Shown here: positions 1 through 11,101 of the stretch, one piece after another
Layout of the letters: each line of letters opens with the position of its first letter
Position numbering within the stretch: the first letter of the stretch is position 1
Source: Azolla caroliniana
Taxonomy: Eukaryota; Plantae; Polypodiophyta
NCBI GenBank assembly: GCA_043228905.1
Contig: JBHGNT010000008.1
Span: 10,230,001 to 10,294,000 of the forward strand
Length of the DNA: 64,000 nucleotides
Direction: 5' to 3'
Translations under genes and position numbers: made by a program
Notes under the pieces: generated by a model
The model's database searches: none
Told to the model about the DNA's origin: nothing
What the model saw: only the letters and a program-made list of their open reading frames with translations

Positions 1-618
1 TCTCAGCATTCGGTTTCCTGCGTCATTCGAAGAAGAGAGAAGAAGAAGAAAAACGAGGCCTGCATCTCATCGCGTTAGATCATCTTTTCTTGGAGTAAGC
101 CAGCAGGTTGTACTCCGTTCCTTGTGATCGTAACCGCTCGAGGTGAAATCCCCTTGTGCAACTTTGACACGATCGTGCTCCACTCGGTTAAACGGCATCC
201 GAAAAGGTCATTAAACGCTGCTCGCTGCTCGTTGTAACCACTCGGTGCAGATCGGTCTCAAGACAACAACCCCAATTCGCGCTTCATCCGGCTGATCGAC
301 ATTCGGGAGGATCAGTTGCATCTGTCTCTCTCGTCGCTGCAGCCACCCGAAGCAGAATCGGTCCAGATAATCGGTTTCAATAATCGGTATTCGGCATATA
401 TATCCGAAGCGAACCGGGCTCACTCCGACTCGGCAACATTCGGGAAGACCAGTCGGTTCTGTCCCTCAAGTTACCGGAGTCAATTCGAGCAAGTTCCGAA
501 GCCGAACCGACTCGGGTTCAAATCCGACTAGAACGATATCGGGTGAGCCAACTGGCTGCACTCCAACAAGGTTCGTAGTCAACTCCGAACCGAGCTTCGT
601 CAACCAAAACCGAACTTG

Positions 619-3600
619 ATGGCATCAACATCCGGCTCGTCAGAAATGAGTCTACGAAAGTTCGATGGATCGAACTTCAACTTCTGGAAGGAACAAATGC
701 AGGACTATCTCATAGTCAAGGGGCAAATCGATCCCATCGAAAATGAAGAACCTCCAGAAGGATACAAACCCATTGAGTGGCAGAAGCTGGACAGAATTGT
801 CCGCGCCACGATTCGGATGCACCTATCGGAATCGGTATACTTTACGGTGCAATCGTGTACGACAGCATTCGAACTGTGGAAAACACTGTCGGACACTTAC
901 GAAAAGAAGGTCGCCGCAACGAAGATGTTTCTGATCCGGCGCCTCTACAACTTGCGGATGAAAGAATCCGATTCGGTTCAAGCACACCTCAATGAGTACG
1001 AAAGCATAAGCTCCCAAATCTCGTCACAGGGGACGGCAATCGAGGATGAACTCAGAGCAATGATACTCATGAGCAGCCTTCCCTCATCATGGGAAACTTT
1101 CGTCACAACCGTGTGCAATGCGTCAACCACGGCTGTTAAATACTCCGAAGTCACGAGCGCAATCCTGACCGAAGCAGCTCGGAGAAAGTCTTTCGCCAAA
1201 GACTCAACAGACGACGCTTACGTAGTACAAGGTTCGACAGACCGATCGAACATACGAGGAAGAGATTCCTCACGGCCGCCGAACAATCAGCGAAGACGGA
1301 GCCAGTCACGGGATAACCGAATCTGCAACTATTGCAAGAAACCCGGACACATCAAAGCCGACTGCCGCGCACTCAAGAACAAGAACAACAAGAAGAGTGG
1401 CCGGCATGAGGAGATCAATTACGTCAGCTTCTCAGCGGATGTACTACCGGACGACCCGAATATACTATCAATCGAAAATCCAGTCGGATCAGAAGTTCTA
1501 CTCACGACTGAAGAATCGAGCACATGGCTCTTAGATTCGGGCGTGTCATTTCACGTGACTCCTCATCGATCCCAATTTCGGCAATATACGATCCGTCACT
1601 CCGACTCAGTTCGAGTCGGCAACTCACAACACTGTGACATCATCGGAATCGGCACAGTAGAGCTCAACCTTGCAGGTGGCTCTACACTTGTACTCCACAA
1701 TGTCCGACATGTACCCGAGCTCTCAAGGCCATTGATCTCAGTCGGACAACTAGATGAAGACGGCATTCGTGCCGGTTTTTCTTCGGGAGGGTGGACACTC
1801 CACAGGGGGAACCTCCTGCTTGCTAGAGGACCCAAGATACACTCCCTGTATCCGTTACATGTTACGCTCAGAGAGGGTAACCTGTTTTTGGTGGATATTC
1901 CTGTGTCATCACTATGGCACCGAAGATTAGGACACCTCAGCAAGGCCGGCATCACGCACCTATCTAGAGCCGGATACATCCCCAAACTCTCCTTCTCGGA
2001 CCATCAATTCTGCGAGCATTGCCAGTATGGCAAATAAGCAGCCGCATCACACCCGACATCAGCACCAAGAGAAACGAGACCTCTTGATTTGGTCCACTCG
2101 GACGTCTGTGGCCCAATGCCGCATCAGTCTCTTGGCGGTGCCTCTTACTTCGTCACTTTTATTGACGATTCGACTCGAAAGGTGTGGGCTTATCCAATTC
2201 GCACCAAAGATCGGGTCTTCTCGATCTTCACCGATTGGCTCGCTATGGTAGATAATCAAACCGACCGAAAGCTGAAATGCTTTCGGACAGACAATGGGGG
2301 AGAGTTTAAATCCGAAGAATTCGTCAAATTCTGCCGACAACGCGGCATTCGACGTGAATTTACGGCACCACACAGTCCGGAGCAAAACGGGATTGCCGAA
2401 CGCATGAATCGGACAATCCAAGAACGGACAGTTTCCATGCTCCAACACTCCGGACTGTCGGATGGCTTCTGGGCAGAGGCTCTACTCACGGCAGTACACA
2501 TAATCAATATGTCGCCAAGTAGACCTCTAGGACTTCAAATTCCTCAGGAACTATGGATCGGCAGTAAGCCAAATTACGACAAGCTGAGGATCTTCGGATG
2601 CGAGGCGTACGCCCTTATTCCGAAAGATGATCGCCGAAAACTTGCACCTCGGTCCAGGAAATGCATTTTCCTTGGATATGGATCCGATGGCGAAATGGGA
2701 TACCGACTCTGGGACCCCGAACGCAGACAAATCGTTCGAAGTTCGGACGTTGTGTTCAACGAGTCGGCTATGAATCCATCAGTCGAAAAACCGATCGAAG
2801 TCCGAAGGGTAACATTTTCCGATGTGCCGACCCTTCAAGAAGGCCCCGCTCTCAACACACGGATAGCTTCACGGGTAGCTGAACCTTACACTACCGACTC
2901 GGACAACCCCGACTCGGCACAACAGAACAATCCGCTTTCGGACCATCCGACCTTGATACCCGATGCGACCAGTCCAATCTTACCTCGACGATCCGAGAGA
3001 CTGTCGCAACCTCCGGAGAGGTATTCTCTTGGAGTTTTCTTCACCGACGCCGGCGAACCGACGTCTTACGAAGAAGCATCGACATCTGCCGATTCAGCCA
3101 CCTGGCATCTGGCGATGGAGTCGGAAATGCACTCCATTCGGGCAAACAAGACTTGGGATCTGGTTGAACTACCTAGGAACCGACGTGCTCTTCCTTGCAA
3201 GTGGGTTTATCGACTAAAAGAGACGTCTGATTCGACCACCCCAAAGTACAAGGCCAGATTAGTTGCGAAGGGCTTCCGACAAGAATATGGCGTCGACTTC
3301 GACGAGATTTTCTCACCAGTGGTGAAAATGACAACCCTCCGTTTTCTACTCGGCGTAGTGGCAGCCGACAACTTGGAGCTGATTCAGCTAGATGTCAAAA
3401 CAGCATTCCTCCATGGTGATCTTGAAGAGGAAATTTATATGGAGCAGCCAAAAGGCTTCGTGGCAACTGGCCAAGAACATCTAGTCTGCCGACTCAGGAA
3501 GAGTCTATATGGCCTCAAACAGGCACCGCGACAATGGTACAAGAAGTTCGACGACTTCATCCAATCGATCGGCTTCTCAAAAAGCGATGAGGACCATTGT

Positions 3601-4632
3601 CTTTTCACCAACACAGCTCAAGATGGATCACCCATCTTCCTCATCATTTACGTGGACGACATGCTAATTTCTGGACGCCACGCGGGCGACCTTGCCGATC
3701 TCATTCGGCAACTGCGGTTGAAGTTTGCCATGAAGGACCTCGGTCCGGCACGACACATCCTTGGCATGAAGATTAGTCGGCATCGCAATAAACGACATCT
3801 TTTTTTGTCTCAGACCGACTATACCCGACGTGTCTTAGAACGCTTCAACATGCAATCAGCCAAATCTGCTTCAACCCCGCTCCCCATGAATCTTCGGCTC
3901 TCTCAGCGAGACTGCCCGACATCCGGTCCGGAGGGGGAAGATATGAAGTCGGTACCGTATGCACCGGCAGTCGGCTCCCTTATGTACCTGATGGTCGCGA
4001 CACGACCTGATATTTCTCACGCCGTAGGAGTCGTTAGCAGATTTATGCACAATCCTGGCCGATCGCATTGGAACGCAGTCAAGCATGTGTTCAGATATCT
4101 GGCTGGCACAAAAGACCACGGCATTCTTTTCGGTCCGAACCGAACCTCAGGCGTAGTCGGTTACACCGACTCGGACTTCGCCGGCTGTATAGACAGTCGG
4201 AAATCAACAACCGGATACTGCTTCAAATTCGGCAATGGAGCAATCTCGTGGAAGTCGAAACTTCAGGAGTGCACAGCGACCTCAACGACCGAAGCAGAAT
4301 ATGTAGCTGCGTCCGACGCAGCAAAAGAAGCTTTGTGGCTCGGTCGGCTGGCGCACACGTTTCGACAAGTCGACCATGACTCGGCTCCAGTTGTCTACAG
4401 CGACAGTCAAGGTGCTGTTGCCTTGTCGAAAAATCCGGTTCACCACAACGCCTCCAAACATATCGACGTTCGATATCACTTCGTTCGGGACTGCGTCATT
4501 TCAGGGAAAATCGGTCTAGAGAAAATATCCACAACCGACAATGTCGCAGATGGAATGACCAAGTGTCTTTCGGCAGACCGTTTTCGGTCTCTTCGGCATC
4601 AGATGGGCGTAACGACAAACCAGTCCGGTTAG
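619..4632 (+). pseudogene. Copia gag-pol polyprotein of A with one in-frame nonsense codon (TAA 2035-2037)
   Basis: CCHC knuckle CNYCKKPGHIKADC; PR WLLDSG; INT HHCC and VHSD...DNGGE...E; RT YVDD; RH YTDSD/EAEY/ADGMTK; paralogue C has CAA (Gln) at the stop position. Confidence 0.95.
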
Positions 4633-4825
4633 AGCCGGACACAGAGCAGGATGGTTCTCGACAACCGACATCAGTTCCTTAATGATCGGCTTCAACTGTT
4701 CCGACCCGACCAGTTCGGTCTTCTGCCTTCGGACCCTGCCGACTCGAACAAAGCTGATATGTCCGAGAACCTAAGTCTATACCTGTAATCTTAGATAACC
4801 CATGTATACGCCCATTACGGGGGAG

Positions 4826-5115
4826 TGTCGAATACATGTGTATAATGGATGTATTCACACTATCCCGTTTTGGCCATTTATGTAATTAGCATAAAGGGTA
4901 ATTGCCCTAAGTCGGTCACTATATATAGTGACCTTGTAACCTTTTTGTAAGGTTGGGTGTTGTATTATTGCTTTATGGAATAAAGAGTTTTTCGTGCCTC
5001 TCTGTCTCTCTCTCTCTCTCTCTCTGTGCAACGACCTACAAACTGTCATACGCAGGTATTCAGAACACAATCAAATGCTACTTGATCTTCCGCACAGACG
5101 ACTTTGTCTGCAACA
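4826..5115 (+). repeat. 3' LTR of Copia A (290 bp)
   Basis: TG...CA ends, follows PPT, homologous to the LTRs of C and E; contains a (CT)n tract and a palindromic TATA region. Confidence 0.95.
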
Positions 5116-5406
5116 AGCAGAACATAAAACTATATTCAAAAATTAACTCTAAAACTCTGTACAAACAACGTGCTAAACAACACTATTTATACAAGTCCAC
5201 AAAGGATTGACAGAAGTACTCACAAGTACTTCAATGCTCACACGTGCGACTCACACTAACTACTAGACAATGATTACCTAGTTACAGTCTAGGCTACTAC
5301 TAGGCTTCCAGTTTCCGCTCGAATCCGGCTCCCCAATCTAGCTAGTTGTTATCGGATACCGATCCGGCTCATCCTTCCGGATCTGGTTGAGCTTGCTTGC
5401 TCAACA
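5116..5406 (-). repeat. Partial 3' LTR of B (cut by insertion of A next to the (AG)n tract)
   Basis: Matches 23837-24184 of the 5' LTR; begins TGTTGAG right after the PPT on the minus strand. Confidence 0.92.
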
Positions 5407-5746
5407 CTCCCCCTCAAGCTCAAATTGAGGTCGAATCATGGTGTTAGTGTTCGCGGCAACCGACTCTTCTACTCGGCTCCTGGCGTTGCTCCACCTCGCT
5501 CGCATTCCTCATATGGTCCGGTCTTGTTTCCCGTGACCCTTCTGGTTTTGCGCACCTTGACCTCCTTGGTCGGGCTTGTCTACTGAACATGCCCATTTCA
5601 ACTCCCTCGCTGTTGCGACTCCGGCGCTTGTCGACCCATTGGTTCCTTCATGTTGGCGTTGACTTCCGCTGCATCCGTGTTTGTTTGGCCTTTAGTTGAT
5701 CCGGCTTCTCCGAATCGTGAACTGAATCGGTTTCCTTTGATTTGTT

Positions 5747-8700
5747 CTAGCTCTTGTCCGAGTCAGTGTTCTCAAACTCGTCTTCCAGTTTCAGGCCCTT
5801 CACCACACTAGACCACATCCGGGTCTTGGCCGTTTTCTTCCGATCGGTTTTGTCCTTCTTGACTTTGCCGCCACTGCCGCTTGTTCCGACCTTTTCAGAT
5901 GTGCTAACTCCCTCGGTCGGCTCGGCTTCCTTTTCCCTCTTGTCTCCCCCTTTGTTGGTTCTTTCTTCCTCTCCGACTCCTTTTCCAGTGCCATTCGTTC
6001 CCTTTCCTTTTCTCCCCCTCAAGTGTGGCATGTCGAGATGTTGAACACCAAGCATTTCGATGAAGTGCTACAACTTTTCCGATCCGAGCAGTTTGGTGAA
6101 GATATCGGCAACTTGCCGATCTGTCTGAATATACCGAAGTTCAACTTCACCGCTCAAAACCCGCTCATGCACGAAGTGATAATGCACTTCTATGTGCTTT
6201 GTCCGAGCATGGAATACAGAGTTCTTGGTGAGCTGAATGTTGCTCATGTTGTCACAGTAGATCAGGATCGAGGTCGGTACCTCAATCCGCAGGTCTTGTA
6301 GCAGTCGCCGAAGCTAGATGGCTTCACAAGTGGCATTGGTAACGCCCCAATATTCATCCTCAGTGCTCGACAGAGCCACTGTTGGTTGCTTTTTGCTACT
6401 CCACGCAACAACCGCGCTACCTAAAGAAAACATGTAACCGGAGGTAGATCGACGATCTGATGCATCACCGGCCCAATTGGAATCTGTATATTCGACTAGC
6501 TCTTCGGTTATACCATGATGATATAACAATTCTCGGTCCTTCATGCAGCTCACATACCGGAGTATCCGGTGTGCGCACTGAAGGTGCTCAATGGTCGGCT
6601 TCTGCATGAACTACCTAATACTCTGACCAGGTAACTGAGGTCGGGTCGAGTGATTGTCAAGTATATCAGGCTTCCGACGATTTGTCAGAACCATTTCTCA
6701 TCGCAGGCCGGTCTGGAGTTGGGACAGAGCTTCTGGTTCCAGTCCAGGGGTGTGGAGACAAGTCGGCACTCCGTCATACTGAACTTGTACAACATATTCA
6801 ACACATAGTGTCGTTGTGAGAGCAATATGTCGTCGGGGGTTCGGATCACCTCGATCCCAAGAAAATAATGAAGGTTCCCCAGGTCCTTCATTTCAAATGT
6901 GTCCGACAGTTGGGACTTTACTCGGCCAATTTCAATGAGTTCGGGTTCGGTGATGAGTAAATCATGGACATAAAGTAGGATGCAAACTGGACCGTCCGGA
7001 CCTTGCTGGATGAACAACGACGAGTCGGATTTAGAGGTCACAAACCCTATCTTACGCAACCGGTGCGTGATCTTCGCATTTCAAGCTCGGGGGGCTTGTT
7101 CCAAATCGTAAAGCGACTTCTTGAGTTGGCACACCGCCGACTTGTTCATCTCCGACTGAAAACTGGGAGGTTGGATCATATAGACCCGTTCTTCAAGGTC
7201 ACCTTGAAGAAACACATTCTTCACATCCATCTGGTGAAGATGCCAACCCCTTGCCACAACAACTGACAGTACCACTCGAACCTTCGTCATCTTCGCTACC
7301 GGAGTGAAGGTCTCGTCGTAATCGAATCCCTGGGTTTGTGCATATCCCTTCACCACTAACTGGGCCTTGTACCGGTTAACCGAACCGTCAACATTGTACT
7401 TTACCTTATACACCCATTTGCAACCAATTGGTTTACAGTGTTGGGGAGGGTCAACGAGGTCCCATGTGTTGTTGGCATCAAGTGCCCGCATTTCTTCCTC
7501 CATAGCGGCACGCCAATGTACGTCCTTTGCCGCTATTGCGTAGCTCTCCGGCTCACGCACTTCCACCACCTTAGTCATGAATGCACAATGATGTGCCATG
7601 TACTCATTGTACCTGTACCGCATAACGGGGTTCTTCAGGCGGGAAGACTGGCGTAACTTGGTATTACCCGGTTTGGGGCCCTTCTTGGCTAGGTCGAACT
7701 TCGTTTCCAAAGATCTGCCTTCATCCTTTCCGGAGTCGGATTCGCTCCAATCCGACTCAACGTTGCCGGTTTCGTATTCCGGCATCTTCTTCTTCCCCTT
7801 CTCTTTGCGCGTGAACCGTCTCCTCAATTCCTTGCGCGGGGAGAGCATGCTAGAGTCTCCACTACACGTCGGTTCCTCATCCAACTGGTCATCCCGACTC
7901 AGCCGTTCATTCAGTCCACTTAGCCAGAATGAGATCAGACTCTCTTCTAGAGTGCCGAAGTCTTCATCTTCTACCTAGACCTCCTCGGGCTCACTAGCCT
8001 CAACTTCCGGAATCAGGTCTTTGTCGGGAGTTGGAGTCGGTAAGGTGTACCATGATGCCGTCTCATTAAACTTGACATTTCGACTTACTCGAACCTGCTT
8101 AGTCCGGGGGTTATAACACTTATACCCCTTTTGCTCATGTGAGTAACCGACTAGGATGCACTTCTCCGACTTCGGATCCAGCTTCCTCCGCTTCTTATTC
8201 GGTACATGCACATATGCTATGCTACTGAATATTCGAAGGTGTCTGAAATTCGGCTTGCGCCCGAAATATAGTTCATGTGTTGACACCTTGTCACCGATCC
8301 GGTTTTGGATGTAGACGGTCGTCCGGACTGCCTCAGCCCAGTAGAAATGGGGCATGCTCTTCTCCTCCAGCATTGCCCTTGTCGTGTTGACAATCAACCG
8401 GTTCTTCCTTTCGGCCACACCGTTTTGCCCCAGTGTGTATCTGCAACTGAATTCTCTCTGAATTCCATTCTGGTGAAGATAACTGTTGAATTGGCCGGAA
8501 AAGTATTTTCTCCCGCCATCCGACCGTAGGCACTTGATCTTCCTCTCCGTTTCCCGTTCAACCAAGCTTTCAAGGTTCCTAAAACACTCGAAGACTTCGC
8601 TCTTCCTCTCGATGAGGTAGATCCACGTGTGCCGGCTGTAGTTGTCGATGACGGAGACGAAATACCGACTCCTGCCAAGACTAACGTTTTGTGCCGGTCC

Positions 8701-9957
8701 CCATACATCCGAATAGATTAAATCGAGCTTGTTATGAATCCGGTTTCAATCGGTGGGGAATGGAAGTCGATGTTGCTTCCCGTATTGGCAAGCTTCACAA
8801 ATTTCGGCCTTCCGGCCGCTAATTTTCGGCAAACCAAAAACGACTTGTTTTGATTGTAGGTCTTGAAGCCTTCGATAATTGACGTGGTCAATCCACTTGT
8901 GCCACAAGTCGATGTCCGATTTGACCTTCTGCCCTTCTGCAAACATAGCGGTGCCGACATCATTAGTGTTGAGGATGCACATCCTCCCGTGTCTATGCCC
9001 TTGTGCAATTATCCGACCCTCTTCCTCGATGAAGCACCTGAGGTGCGTAAACTGCATTTACATCCCCTGGTCGACGATCTGTCCAACCGACACCAGGTTC
9101 TTTGTGATAGTCGGAACGGGTAATACGTTCATCAGCTTCCCCTTTCGTTCGACATGGCTTAAATGGACTTCTCTGACATGCACAATTGGGTGAGGGGTGT
9201 TGTCTCCGGTTTCGACAATCCCCGGTTGTTCCGGTTTCTCCAAAAAAGAGAACCACTCTTCATGGCTCATCATGTGGTTGGACGCTCCAGAATCAACGTA
9301 CCATACTTCCTCCGATCCAAAAGTAGTCTTCTTCATCAAGTTAGCCTTGTCCTTCATCACAAAGGCTGTCCCAGATCCTTCCAACCGGTTTTCCCGGTTC
9401 CAGATCCTTCCAACCGGTTCTCCCGATCGGTTTTGCTAGATCCGGATTTGTCCAAATCGGCGGGCTTCTTTCAGCACTCGCTTTCCCTTTGGCCCTTTTT
9501 GCCATAGTACGAGCATTCTGTGTCAGCCTTTCCTTGCCGGCTTCCGGCGTTGCTTTGACTCCCCTTGCTTGTTGAGGGTCCGGAACTGTTGTTGGCACCT
9601 CATCTGTGCCTCCGGTCCTGCTCTTGTTGGCCACTTCCATTGCGTGCCGACCCACCTTGTCCACCACGTCCATGGGGCTGATCTGTGTCCATGTACAACA
9701 TCCGACCGTTCGATTGAGTGGTCATTGACCCACTCGCGTGGTTTTCTTCAACCATCAGCATCGATTGCAGGTCAAAGAAAGACGGTGGTTTCTCCCAGGT
9801 GTAGATCCATGTCCGGATTGGCCCGTACTTTTGCGCTAGACCACTAAGGCAGATTTGTACCATCTCGTCTTCGTCCACCGTCACGTTCATGGACCCGAGT
9901 GCGTCTCAAATCTCCTTTATCTTGGTGTTTGTAATCCGTAACCGACATGTCTCTTTG
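5747..9957 (-). pseudogene. gag(3')-PR-INT-RT-RH of B with many stops and frameshifts, plus a C-terminal extension after RNase H
   Basis: [57 protein letters not shown] motifs in the ORF fragments. Confidence 0.93.
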
Positions 9958-9961
9958 CCGG

Positions 9962-11034
9962 TGTCGTGAAGATTTTCGGCAATAGTGTGAAAATCCCATA
10001 AAACGTACAAAATCGAGTATGAATCACGTAATATAATAATTGTAAAGATAACATTTTCAATATCTAAGTACAAATGATGGAGGTTTCGAATGCACTTTAT
10101 TACACGAGAAATGGACAACTAAATGTCAAGATATGAGGGTATAAAGTTTGTGAAAAGAAAAGAGAAAATTGTGAGATATCCCACATAGGCACGACAAATA
10201 CGGCTCTCATCATATATAAGGTGGAGCAAAAGATATTATCTTTGTGTCTATATGTGGAGCATAGAGAGCTCAAGGTAACTTGAACTTAGAGTGGAGGTGG
10301 CTAGCTACTCGAAAAGGGTTTTGGCCAACCAAAACCGGACCGGCGATGGAGCCGGTGATCCGACGGCAATCCGGCGGCGGCATGCGGCACCGGTATCCGG
10401 CGTCGGCGGCAGCATTCGGCGTCGGCACCGATATCCGACGGCGGCACCGGTATCCGGCGGCGGCATCTGGCGTCAGTATTCGGCGTCGGCGTCGGTATCC
10501 GGCGACGGTATCCGGCGAACCGGCGACTAGATAAAATAAATATATAAAAATATATACATATACAAGGAGGGCAAGTATGGATTCGAACCTTGCACCTCCA
10601 AGTTAGGAGTCAAATGGCTTAACATTAAGCCATAGTATTTAGTTGAAATTATATTTCTATCATTGTACTTTTACATGTAAATTCTCATCCATGAGTGCTA
10701 AAATGAGTGACATGGTTAGCATGCACCACATGTAATACTTAAGCGCCAAATGGCAAACATGAAATTTATGCATGTCTTGTACCCTCACATGCATCATATG
10801 CATGAGAGCATCTATAAAAGAGGGAAGGGGGAGGAGAAAAACACGGTTTTTTTTTTATGAAAATTAAGAGGAAGAAATTCGTTTTCAAATCAATTGTGTA
10901 ATCTCATCTTCTCTCTTTCCCAATCTATCTTAAGTACTTTCTCGCCAAAGCTTGTATCGACTCTAAATCCTTCTGGTCCAGAACCCCGGCGGTTCCGCCT
11001 CACGATCCGCGCGTAGTGACGGATCTTCACGACA
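9962..11034 (+). repeat. 5' LTR of D (1073 bp)
   Basis: Near-identical to 22242-23259 apart from a GC-rich VNTR; TATA-like CTATAAAAG near 10812. Confidence 0.97.
10570..10640 (-). other. Degenerate tRNA-Arg(CCT)-like module (Pol III A/B boxes) inside the D LTR, antisense to the element
   Basis: Minus strand reads TGGCTTAATGTTAAGCC (D-arm/A box), CTCCTAA (anticodon-type loop), GGTTCGAATCC (B box, 10579-10589); acceptor and anticodon stems do not pair. Confidence 0.7.
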
Positions 11035-11042
11035 TAATTAAG

Positions 11043-11061
11043 TGGTGAACCCGACGTGAAT
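11043..11061 (+). promoter_or_regulatory. Primer-binding site complementary to the 3' end of tRNA-Trp
   Basis: TGGTGAACCCGACGTGAAT is the reverse complement of the plant cytosolic tRNA-Trp 3' end (...ATTCACGTCGGGTTCA-CCA) as I recall it; 8-nt spacer from the LTR end. Confidence 0.88.
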
Positions 11062-11101
11062 GAGGCGGTAGGAAGGATCAAGTCGAGATTAATACTTGGA
11101 G

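Larger units (their letters stand above)
1..5115 (+). mobile_element. Ty1/Copia LTR retrotransposon A (Tnt1/Tork-like); 5' LTR and PBS lie just left of the window; inserted in the 3' LTR of element B
   Basis: Gag-PR-INT-RT-RH order; PPT GGGGGAG at 4819-4825; LTR TGTCG...CAACA 4826-5115; window start matches the post-PBS leader of paralogue C. Confidence 0.97.

Noticed and set aside
2035-2037. Programmed stop-codon readthrough in A
   Set aside because: Paralogues C and E have a Gln codon here and the stop lies within integrase; a simple C>T mutation explains it
10570-10640. Functional tRNA gene
   Set aside because: Acceptor and anticodon stems do not pair; kept only as a tRNA-derived module
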